From: a virus
Taxonomy: Duplodnaviria > Caudoviricetes
Virus record (IMG/VR): IMGVR_UViG_3300018432_000008
Span: 1-53,460 of that record
Reading direction: 5' to 3' (one strand)
Length of the DNA: 53,460 bases
The notes under the pieces are model-generated. The model had not been told where the DNA came from. It saw nothing but the letters and a program-made list of their open reading frames with translations, and searched no databases. The translations under genes and the position numbers were made by a program. This document shows, piece after piece, positions 9,095-17,449 of the stretch (the stretch's first letter is position 1; each line of letters opens with the position of its first letter).

Positions 9095-9958
9095 ATGGCC
9101 ACCCAGTTCAACGCCGAAGACCTGCAACTGCTCACCGGCTACGACGACGTTTTGTGTGTCGCAGCGGGCGGTGCGACCAAAGCGACCATCGAAGGTGCGG
9201 CGGACGGCACGCTCGTGCGGTTGCTTCCCGGTACGCACGACGTTGGCGACAACGGCATCGTCGTTCCTGCGGGCGTTGATGTTGCCGGCGCGGGGATGGA
9301 TCTGACGACGTTGACCGGCGACCGCACGGGACTGGCCGCTTCCTTCCTGAAGCCCGGCACACGCAGCACGATTCGGGATCTGCACGTGGATTTCTCGGCA
9401 TTGCGTGGTGCGGAGGATGGAACGAGCAATATACCGATCGGCAAGGTGGCTGGCGATGCCGCATTTCACCACGCGAAACTGCTGCGGGTGCGGATCACGT
9501 CCTATTCGGACTGCATTTACATCGTGAACCCCGACCCTTCTGACATGGGGCTCACGATCGAGGACTGTGAGTTTGAGACGAACATTGACGCCATCGTCGT
9601 GACCGGAACGAACACCAACGACTTTTTCATTCGCATCAAGGGCGGTCACGTCACCCTTAAAGAACTGAACCCCGAGGAGTCGGACCGAAATCTTGTCGTG
9701 GCACCGTGGTCGGATTGCTTTGACTTGGACATTCGCGATCTCGGCACCGAGCCCGGTATGGCGACGGTCCTTTATGAAGCGGCCAAGGGGCGATTGATTC
9801 GCTGTACCCTGTATTCAACTTCGGACGGCGCGGTGCACATCGAAGCAAATGAGGGATCGGTTGAGGTGGCGGACAGCATCTACGACCCGACGCGCACGAG
9901 TGGCACGATCGCGACGGTGGACACGCTCGGCAGGATTTACAAGGCGATTCAGGCGTAA
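9095..9958 (+). CDS. Beta-helix protein
   Basis: LLPGTH..VPAGVDVAGAGMDLT start typical of pectate-lyase-like folds. Confidence 0.6.
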   Translation: MATQFNAEDLQLLTGYDDVLCVAAGGATKATIEGAADGTLVRLLPGTHDVGDNGIVVPAGVDVAGAGMDLTTLTGDRTGLAASFLKPGTRSTIRDLHVDFSALRGAEDGTSNIPIGKVAGDAAFHHAKLLRVRITSYSDCIYIVNPDPSDMGLTIEDCEFETNIDAIVVTGTNTNDFFIRIKGGHVTLKELNPEESDRNLVVAPWSDCFDLDIRDLGTEPGMATVLYEAAKGRLIRCTLYSTSDGAVHIEANEGSVEVADSIYDPTRTSGTIATVDTLGRIYKAIQA

Positions 9959-9961
9959 CTC

Positions 9962-10720
9962 ATGGCGACGCGCATGTTCTTCTATCCTGGCCCCGATGCC
10001 GGCCTGTACGCGATCTTTCGCAACAGCACCACGGGCACCGTATGGACCGGCACGGTGATGGCAGCTTGGTCGGATGCCGCAATCGGGACGTACGACGTAC
10101 CGCTCAGCTTTGTTGGCGGCGATGCTTACACACTGACCGTCCCGACGACTCTCCCGACCGGACAGAACTACACGGCAAGTGTCTACGTCCCCAGCACCCC
10201 CGGCACGCCAGCCATCACCGATACGAAGCTCCCCGACGAGTGGGAGTTCCGCTGGAACGGGAGCACGGCCGAGGAAGCACCCGAGCCCGGCGAGGCGGCT
10301 GGTGATTATGTCGATCAGGCGTACATGGAACTAGTCCGCGGAGAAAAGAACATCCGCGAGTGGTCCAACAAGGACAACTCCAGCGACACAACCGACACCG
10401 CCGCCGTTCAGGCCGCGATCGATCAGGCCGAAGCACTGATTAACGCAGAACTGAAGGGCAACTACGTGATGCCCATTGAGCTTGGTGAAGACGCCACGGG
10501 CACGCTCATCCTAAAGGGCTGGGCTGAAACGCTGGCGTCAACACAGCTTTACATGGCGCGTGGACTTCAGGATGACAACGCGGTCGGCGACAAGCTGCGG
10601 GCCGAACGTGACGCGGTGATGGAACAGATCGCCCGGTACGTTGGCGACTCTGCCGCATCATCGTTCGACTTCGAAGCGGTTGAGGTTCATGTTCCGTACG
10701 CGCCGCTGGTCGTGTACTAG
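9962..10720 (+). CDS. N-terminal beta domain fused to a Mu gp36/DUF1320-like head-tail adaptor
   Basis: C-half YVDQ..AVQAAIDQAEALINAELKGNYVMPI..LYMAR resembles gp36. Confidence 0.65.
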   Translation: MATRMFFYPGPDAGLYAIFRNSTTGTVWTGTVMAAWSDAAIGTYDVPLSFVGGDAYTLTVPTTLPTGQNYTASVYVPSTPGTPAITDTKLPDEWEFRWNGSTAEEAPEPGEAAGDYVDQAYMELVRGEKNIREWSNKDNSSDTTDTAAVQAAIDQAEALINAELKGNYVMPIELGEDATGTLILKGWAETLASTQLYMARGLQDDNAVGDKLRAERDAVMEQIARYVGDSAASSFDFEAVEVHVPYAPLVVY

Positions 10721-11031
10721 AATACCGCTCGTAGAAGCGACGCGAAGATTGTCCGAAGTTCATCGTCGGTCGGGTTGGCGTCGTGTCGCAGGTGGTGGCT
10801 GATGCTGCACCCGCCGCCTATGTCGCGCTCGATGACGACCCACTCAAGGTTGTCTACCTGAAAGAACGGTTCGCACCAGCAATACCAACCGGATTCGTAG
10901 ACACGCAGCTCGGGTGGTGCTAGCGATTTCACGTGGTTGCACAGGGCTATGACGTTCCATCGCTGGTAGTCGCGATACTGTCCCTTGAACAGCAGGTGAA
11001 GCGGGTAAAGCAGGACGTTGAGAAGGATCAT
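10717..11031 (-). CDS. Hypothetical protein
   Basis: GGAG RBS and TACACT -10 before MILLNV; start uncertain. Confidence 0.5.
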   Translation of the reverse strand: MILLNVLLYPLHLLFKGQYRDYQRWNVIALCNHVKSLAPPELRVYESGWYCWCEPFFQVDNLEWVVIERDIGGGCSISHHLRHDANPTDDELRTIFASLLRAVF

Positions 11032-11273
11032 AATTGCTCCCGGACGCGAGTGTAGCACCACACACTCAAGTGGATGCGTTCCTCGCCGCCAAAGTTGTTC
11101 GGGTTCACGCGGCGCACTGCGGACTTTGGCACCCAAGACTTTGGCCCATCTCCCCACTTGTCGCGCGTGACCTGCAACGCCTTGTCGGTTTCACGCAGGA
11201 CGTGCAGGGTCAGGACGACGTGACCGTGGGCTGGTTGGCCGGGCGCGAGTTCGGGTAAGGGTTCCAGCTTCAT
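11028..11273 (-). CDS. Hypothetical protein
   Basis: Tiled with the neighbouring minus-strand genes. Confidence 0.55.
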   Translation of the reverse strand: MKLEPLPELAPGQPAHGHVVLTLHVLRETDKALQVTRDKWGDGPKSWVPKSAVRRVNPNNFGGEERIHLSVWCYTRVREQL

Positions 11274-11602
11274 GCTGCCCCCAGCGCCCGTGCGGCGTTC
11301 TCGTATGCCTGCTGCTCGGCTCGCGCGATGTCGTACTCCGCAACAAGCGTAATGTAGCGCTCGTATGCCACCTTGAATTCGGCGGCGATGTCTTCCAACT
11401 CGCGTTCCGCTGCGCGTGCCTTGGACTCGGCGTACATGCGGTCAATGTCTTCGTCCGTCGGCTGATCGTCGGCGTAAAAGTATTCCAGTGCGGCGCGCTG
11501 GGCGTCGTCCAACTCAGCCTCGGGCGAACCGTCCAAGGCGGTCGCGCCGTTGCGGCTGAAGGAATCTTGAATAGACGGGGTGCTGTCTGATACGGTGTGC
11601 AT
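11270..11602 (-). CDS. Acidic coiled-coil hypothetical protein
   Basis: GGGAG RBS before ATG 11602. Confidence 0.6.
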   Translation of the reverse strand: MHTVSDSTPSIQDSFSRNGATALDGSPEAELDDAQRAALEYFYADDQPTDEDIDRMYAESKARAAERELEDIAAEFKVAYERYITLVAEYDIARAEQQAYENAARALGAA

Positions 11603-11745
11603 GTCAGGACTCCCTAAAAGTCTTGGCCACGCCGGTCGGGGTGCTGATAACATCCGCGACCGGCAACTTGTTTGACCCGCTAAGTATCGTTCCGATTCAC
11701 CTCGTTATCCACTAGAAAACGACCCCGCTGTTTATAGCGAGCGCC

Positions 11746-11952
11746 ATGGCCCCGCAATACACCATCGAACGCTGGCAGTCGCGTAACTGGCTCATGCAGC
11801 TTCGCTACCACTGGCACATCAAGCACAAGAACGGCCAGATCGTGCTGCACAGCGGCCAAGGCCACTCACGCAGGGTAGACCGGGACGATGCGGCACTGAA
11901 CTTCTACAACGCCTGCGTGCCGGGCGTGGTGGCGTTTCCAGAGGATGTGTGA
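11746..11952 (+). CDS. Small protein, DUF1508/YegP-like
   Basis: YHWHIKHKNGQIVLHSGQGHSRRVD resembles the W.L.A.NG.II..SEGY pattern. Confidence 0.5.
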   Translation: MAPQYTIERWQSRNWLMQLRYHWHIKHKNGQIVLHSGQGHSRRVDRDDAALNFYNACVPGVVAFPEDV

Positions 11953-12090
11953 GCCGACGCAAGCATCAGTTCGGGCGCTTCCGCATTCCCAAGGGTCACC
12001 GGGTCATCGGGTTCCACAAGGACACGATCTTCGACGACATCTACGCGCCGCGCGGCGACAGTGAAACCGCTGCGAGCCTGAGACCACGTA

Positions 12091-12816
12091 ATGGCAAAGC
12101 GAAAGCGAACAACCACAAAGCTCGTCCAGGCAAATGAGGACAAGCCCTTCACGCTGCCCAAGGTAGACGTTAAGCCCGACGTGGATACGGATGGGTTCGC
12201 CGACGATGGCCTGACCGTGCGGCAACGCCTGTTCGTGGACGCACTTATCGGCCCGGCAGGCGGCAACGCTACCAAGGCCGCTGAGATGGCGGGCTACGCC
12301 AGCGAGAACAACCTTGCTCTGCGGGTGACAGCCAGCCGCCTACTAACAAATGCTAACGTTCAGGAAGCGATTGCGCATGCCCACGCCCGGCTCAAGGACA
12401 CCCCCGAGTGGGCTCGTGCTTCGCTCGTTGAGATCGCCGGGGCCAGCATGGCGAACTTTCTTACGGTGAGCGAAGACGGCACGCCATCCATCGACTGGTC
12501 CCGCGCCGCAGAGATGGGTGCCATCGGCCAGATTCGTGAGTACCGCGAGGAAGTATCTGAGATCAACGGCAAGCCGATCGTCGTGAACAAGCGGTCGTTC
12601 AAGCTCCATGATGCACTGAAGGCCCGCGAGATCCTGCTGAAGCTTCACGGCAAGCTCGCAGAGAACGTGCATCTCACCGGAACGGTTCAGCACACCCACG
12701 AGATTCGCCCGCTGATGCAGAAGGTGTTGAGCGACCCCAAGGCGTTCGCCGCAGCTCGCCAGCTCGTCGCGCGGATGAACGGTATAGAAGATGACGCAGG
12801 CGTTGAGCGGAATTGA
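12091..12816 (+). CDS. terS: Terminase small subunit
   Basis: LTVRQRLFV..GNATKAAEMAGY..ASRLLTNANVQEAI; KLHDALKA. Confidence 0.9.
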   Translation: MAKRKRTTTKLVQANEDKPFTLPKVDVKPDVDTDGFADDGLTVRQRLFVDALIGPAGGNATKAAEMAGYASENNLALRVTASRLLTNANVQEAIAHAHARLKDTPEWARASLVEIAGASMANFLTVSEDGTPSIDWSRAAEMGAIGQIREYREEVSEINGKPIVVNKRSFKLHDALKAREILLKLHGKLAENVHLTGTVQHTHEIRPLMQKVLSDPKAFAAARQLVARMNGIEDDAGVERN

Positions 12817-14260
12817 AGGGTTGGTCGAACAGCCGTGGCGTCTTGAGCCGCACACCTTCGCGGCGCACGTCAGTGGCGGACGTTGGCGGGCCTGGAACTA
12901 TCTCACCTATATCGGTGAGCGACTTGCCGAGGCGGTGGTAAACGGTGGTGGTCGGCTGATCATCAACATGCCGCCTGGTCACGGTAAGAGCGAGTTCCTG
13001 AGCCACTGGGTTCCGACGTGGTTTCTTGACAACCTGCCACAGCAGAAGGTCATCACCGCGAGCCACGGTGCTGAGTTGGCTGAGACGTTCGGGCGCGTCG
13101 TCCGCAACGAGTTTGAGCAGAACCCGTTCCTGACGACGAAGCTCAGTGAGGACTCAACTGCGGCGGGGCGGTGGAACACTCCCGAAGGCGGGGGAATGTC
13201 CACGTTCGGCGTTGGCAGCGGTATGACGGGTTTTCGCGGCAATTTGCTGCTGCTGGATGATCCTCACCCCACATGGGAAGCGGCGTACAGCCACACGCAT
13301 CGCCAGCGAGCCATCGAGTGGTTCGAAGGTACGTTCTACGACCGGCTGGAACCCAACGGTACGATCGTGGTGCTGGCGCACCGTTGGCATGACGGGGATC
13401 TGGCCGGCCACCTGATCAGCCACCATGCCGACCCCTGGCAGGTCATTCGCTTGCCCGCCTTGGCTGAACTGGGCGATCCGCTCGGCCGCGAAGTGGGCGA
13501 GGCGCTGTGCCCCGAGCGGTATGACGTTGCAGCGCTTGAGCAGGCCCGGCGCGCGAGCCCGTTGGTGTTCGCCGCGAAGTACCAGCAGAACCCGCTGGGG
13601 CTGGGTTCCGATCGCGTCTACGACCGGTTCGTCCCTGCGGACCACGAAGACAAGACGCTCGTGCTCGCCGATCGGTTGCCGCTTCAAGCGTCGTTCGACT
13701 TCAACCGCAACCCCGGCATGCACGTTGAGCTTGGGCAGTACGACCCGGCGCGCGACCTGTTCACCGCCGTCCACGAAATACACGGCCCGTTCATGAAGCT
13801 CACCGTTGCCTTGGACGAGTTGCAGAAGCTCGTGAAGGCTGCGGGCGGGTTCCGCTGGTCCGAGCTTCAGGTGTACGCCGACGCCACGGGCTCACAGGAG
13901 CGTGCCGAGACGACGGAAACCGCGCTGGACATGATCAGCAACCGGTTGAAGAAACTGGGCTGGCCGTTCCGCATGCGCGTCCCGCGTGGCAATCCCCCGA
14001 TCAAGACGCGCATCGACACGTTCAACGATGCCCTGCGCGATGGTGATGGTGAGATCCACTACAAGGTTCACCCGCGCTGCGAACGGCTTATCGCTGACTT
14101 GAAGGAACTGAAGACGGACGAGCAGGGGCTGATCGACAAACGTGAAAGCAAGCTGAGTCACGCGAGCGATGCCGAAGGCTACCGCGTGCATTACCTGCGC
14201 CCGATCCGCCGTGCTGCACAGGCACCGAGGGAACGCCCGGCCGTATTGATATCCCGCTGA
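12791..14260 (+). CDS. terL: Terminase large subunit
   Basis: Walker A MPPGHGKS, Walker B LLLLDD, RWHDGDL, nuclease DFN..HASDAEGY. Confidence 0.95.
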   Translation: MTQALSGIEGLVEQPWRLEPHTFAAHVSGGRWRAWNYLTYIGERLAEAVVNGGGRLIINMPPGHGKSEFLSHWVPTWFLDNLPQQKVITASHGAELAETFGRVVRNEFEQNPFLTTKLSEDSTAAGRWNTPEGGGMSTFGVGSGMTGFRGNLLLLDDPHPTWEAAYSHTHRQRAIEWFEGTFYDRLEPNGTIVVLAHRWHDGDLAGHLISHHADPWQVIRLPALAELGDPLGREVGEALCPERYDVAALEQARRASPLVFAAKYQQNPLGLGSDRVYDRFVPADHEDKTLVLADRLPLQASFDFNRNPGMHVELGQYDPARDLFTAVHEIHGPFMKLTVALDELQKLVKAAGGFRWSELQVYADATGSQERAETTETALDMISNRLKKLGWPFRMRVPRGNPPIKTRIDTFNDALRDGDGEIHYKVHPRCERLIADLKELKTDEQGLIDKRESKLSHASDAEGYRVHYLRPIRRAAQAPRERPAVLISR

Positions 14261-14264
14261 ACCC

Positions 14265-15800
14265 ATGAGCAGAGTCGCATCACTATTCCACGGCCTACGG
14301 CTGGCGTTCTCGCCGCGCCCCGACGCGCCCGCGCAGCGCCCCGAGTTGGGCGAAGCGACGGCAGATCAGTCGCGCCGTGGGGGCAACGGTTCCCTGCCCG
14401 GCATCGCAACAGGCATGGGCATTACCGGCGTTGGCACGTTCGACCTGAACCCGCCGGCGCAGACGAACCCGCTGAACGGCACCTGTCCAACGGCGTTCTC
14501 GCAGACGCAGTTGATCGGCTACCGCGAGCCTCTGCCCGGCGACTACGCGACGTACCGGCTGATGAGCAGCCACCCAACGCTCGCATTGGCTAAGGCCGTC
14601 GTGGTTGGTCCGATCCTGGCATCCGCGTGGTCGTTCGAAGCGGACGAGGGCGTACCGGACGAGCGCGTGCAGTTCATCCGCGAGCAGCTTGAGCCGATGC
14701 GTCCGTTGATCCTGAACGAAGCGATGCGAGCATTGGAAACAGGCTGGCGTCCATTCGAGAAGGTGTACGAAGCCGACGGCGGGCAACTGTGCCTACGCAA
14801 GCTCAAACCGCTGCTGCCCGACCTGACGAAGGTGCTGGTGGACAAGGCGACAGGCCGGTTCGCCGGGCTCGTGCAGGGCAGCGGTGACAAGAAGGTGGAA
14901 CTGCCGCCGGAAAAGTGCTTCGTCTACACGTACGACGGCGAAGCGGGTGATTTCTACGGCCGCAGCCGGCATGAGAATGCACGCAAGGTGTGGTCACAGT
15001 GGGAGCAGGCGAACTACACAAGCGGGAAGCTCGGCAACAAGGTCAGCAGCATCGTCCCGATCGTGAAGTTCCCGCGTGGATCGTCGCGCACTAACGACCA
15101 GGACGAGATTGCCGCTCAGACCATCGACAACCGCAGGGCTGCACAATCGCTCATCGACGGCCTGTCCACCGCCAAGGGGGTGGCGTTTGAAACCGAGCAC
15201 GTTGATGCCGACGACCTGCGCGCCAACCCCGACCTGGCCAAGCTCGCCCGCTGGGCTATCGAAACGGTCGACGTAGGTTCCTCTGCCGCAGCGATGAGCG
15301 GCCTTGTCGGTGAACGCGAATACTTCGACAAGCTCTTGTTCCGTGCCTGGCTCCTAGCCGAGCGCACGGCCCTTGAAGGCCACCACGGCACGCTCGCAGA
15401 GGCTGAGGCACACGCTGATATCGGTATCACGGGCAGCGACCTGTTGCACGCCGACTTCGTGCGCTGCCTGAACTGGTACGTCGTGGATGATTTGCTCGCC
15501 CTCAACTTCGGCGAGGACGCGCGGGGCAGCGTATGGATCACCCCGGCCCCGATCGTGGACAAGCGCCTCGCGACCATCCGGCAAATCTTCACTGCGATGC
15601 TGGGCAACCCCGGAACGCTTGAGATGGTGCTGAGCGAGACGGACCGCGACGCGGTGTACGACATCCTCGGTGTCCCCAAGGGCAACATGATCGCAGGTGG
15701 CATGGGCGAGCCCGAAGGGAACGGGAAGGTGCCGCCGAACGTGGCGGATCGCATCTCGCAGGCGTTTGAGAAGGTCAACGGGGAAAGGGATGAAGCGTGA
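14265..15800 (+). CDS. Portal protein (Mu gp29/DUF935-like)
   Basis: Follows terL; FEKVY, YTYDGEAGDFYGRS, GTLAEAEAH motifs. Confidence 0.85.
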   Translation: MSRVASLFHGLRLAFSPRPDAPAQRPELGEATADQSRRGGNGSLPGIATGMGITGVGTFDLNPPAQTNPLNGTCPTAFSQTQLIGYREPLPGDYATYRLMSSHPTLALAKAVVVGPILASAWSFEADEGVPDERVQFIREQLEPMRPLILNEAMRALETGWRPFEKVYEADGGQLCLRKLKPLLPDLTKVLVDKATGRFAGLVQGSGDKKVELPPEKCFVYTYDGEAGDFYGRSRHENARKVWSQWEQANYTSGKLGNKVSSIVPIVKFPRGSSRTNDQDEIAAQTIDNRRAAQSLIDGLSTAKGVAFETEHVDADDLRANPDLAKLARWAIETVDVGSSAAAMSGLVGEREYFDKLLFRAWLLAERTALEGHHGTLAEAEAHADIGITGSDLLHADFVRCLNWYVVDDLLALNFGEDARGSVWITPAPIVDKRLATIRQIFTAMLGNPGTLEMVLSETDRDAVYDILGVPKGNMIAGGMGEPEGNGKVPPNVADRISQAFEKVNGERDEA

Positions 15801-16012
15801 TTCGTTGGTTCCGCTATCGCTGCGCGTTGAAGCGGTTCGATCGTCGCAAGGACGATTGGCGATGGTGGTACAGGCTGATGAACCAACGTGGCCGCACGTG
15901 GGGTCAGACGGACAATTCGCCACGCTACAAACCTAGGCCGGTTCGCGCTGTCCCGACACCCGCTGTGTACCTACGCGCGGGCGAGCGGGTGATGATGGAA
16001 TCTTCAAGGTAA
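15797..16012 (+). CDS. Hypothetical protein
   Basis: GTGA overlap with the portal stop. Confidence 0.4.
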   Translation: MIRWFRYRCALKRFDRRKDDWRWWYRLMNQRGRTWGQTDNSPRYKPRPVRAVPTPAVYLRAGERVMMESSR

Positions 16013-16018
16013 AGGGAC

Positions 16019-16118
16019 GGCTGGGTAGCTCCTAGCCTCATGGTTCGCGCAGCGGCGGGCTCGCCTGTCCGGCTGCTGTCGCGCGCGAACCTCCCGCACA
16101 CAAAAGGACAGGTGCAAG
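16019..16118 (+). promoter_or_regulatory. Structured 5' leader with a possible anti-SD
   Basis: Stems 16019-25/16031-37 and 16042-50/16083-91; CCTGTCC (16064-70) is complementary to GGACAGG (16106-12). Confidence 0.45.
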
Positions 16119-17192
16119 ATGGGTTGTCAGATTGACGGATGCGGTCGTCCTGTGAAATGTCGCGGAATGTGCAACGCGCATTACGTGCGGCACATGAACG
16201 AGGTGCATTCGACGCGATTCTCTGCGGTGTGCCCGACGTGTAACCAGACGTTCTTTTCTCGACGGCCCAAGAAGTTTTGCGGGCTTCGATGTTACGTGAA
16301 CAGTTCTCAGTTCAAAGAACACAGTGTCGGCAATTTTGAGCGTATCAATCGCTCCAGAGTCGCGAGAGGCGCACCTGACGAGCCATTACCGTGCGTTCAT
16401 TGCGGAAAGCCGCTGCCTAATCGCAAGGTGTCGCGGAAGTACTGCAACCAGCGATGTTATCGCGCATTCATGGCGGGCCGATTTGATCGGTGGATTGCCA
16501 ACCCACAAACGCTCGCACTACCGCAAGCCTATGACGAGTTTCTGTCTCAGTCAGAGCTTCCGTGCTTGGTTGAAGGGTGTGATTGGGTAGGCAAACAGCT
16601 CTCCAACCATATGAATTCTGCCCACGGGGTTCGGGCTCGTGATTTCAAGATGTTGGCTGGGTTCAATCTGACAACGGGCGTCGTGTCTGCCGAAACCGCA
16701 GAGGCATTGGCAAGCCGATCGCACATTCACGATGCGCCGGGTGTCCGGCAACCCAACACCAAAGGCAAGCAGGGAACGTACAAGAGTTTGGAAGGCAGAG
16801 AGCACTCGCTGAAGTCGCGATCCATCGCAGATTTTAGTGAAGCCAACATTCGTAACTCTCAGCGTCTGAGTACGCCTGAAGCGAAGCAGGCGATGCGGGA
16901 ACTAATCGCACGCACTAGGGCAAACCAGCCTGAGCGACGATCAACGTGTTTACAGTGTGAAAAGACGTTCACGTATCGAAACATGAAGGCCCCAAAGTAC
17001 TGTGGGGAAAGCTGCCAGCATCTTGCGCGGCTGCATAGGAACAGGACTGAGCCGTGGCACCCTTTGCCGTGTGCACAGTGCGGCCAATCGTTCATGGCGA
17101 CGCGAAACGTGGTTCGTATGCGACGGTGGGCCAACAACGAAGTGTTCTGTTCAGAGGATTGCCGTCTCGCTCGTAAGTTGGTGGTTGCATGA
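16119..17192 (+). CDS. Multi-zinc-finger protein (CxxC treble-clef repeats plus MucR/C2H2-like unit)
   Basis: Four CxxC..F/YCxxxC repeats; CQIDGC..MCNAHY; CLVEGC..HMNSAH. Confidence 0.75.
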   Translation: MGCQIDGCGRPVKCRGMCNAHYVRHMNEVHSTRFSAVCPTCNQTFFSRRPKKFCGLRCYVNSSQFKEHSVGNFERINRSRVARGAPDEPLPCVHCGKPLPNRKVSRKYCNQRCYRAFMAGRFDRWIANPQTLALPQAYDEFLSQSELPCLVEGCDWVGKQLSNHMNSAHGVRARDFKMLAGFNLTTGVVSAETAEALASRSHIHDAPGVRQPNTKGKQGTYKSLEGREHSLKSRSIADFSEANIRNSQRLSTPEAKQAMRELIARTRANQPERRSTCLQCEKTFTYRNMKAPKYCGESCQHLARLHRNRTEPWHPLPCAQCGQSFMATRNVVRMRRWANNEVFCSEDCRLARKLVVA

Positions 17193-17449
17193 ACCGACGC
17201 TCATTCTTCTCGTCCATCGGCGGATTCCTTGCCGCCGCGATATGCGCCAAGTTCCTCTCTGCTCGCCCCGAGCCTGAGTGGCCGTGGGAGGTGGAGAAGA
17301 TCGAGTATGGATTCGCTGATTTGCGTGATGGTGTGGCGGATGTCACGGTGACGTACACGCTCAAGACCCCGCGCACCAATGAGAGTGCGGTTGAACTGCT
17401 CGCGCGAATCGCGAACAACACCGTTGACAGCCCGCACGTGCAACTTTGA
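17189..17449 (+). CDS. Small protein with a Tat-like N-terminus
   Basis: MNRRSFFSSIGGFLAAA. Confidence 0.55.
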   Translation: MNRRSFFSSIGGFLAAAICAKFLSARPEPEWPWEVEKIEYGFADLRDGVADVTVTYTLKTPRTNESAVELLARIANNTVDSPHVQL

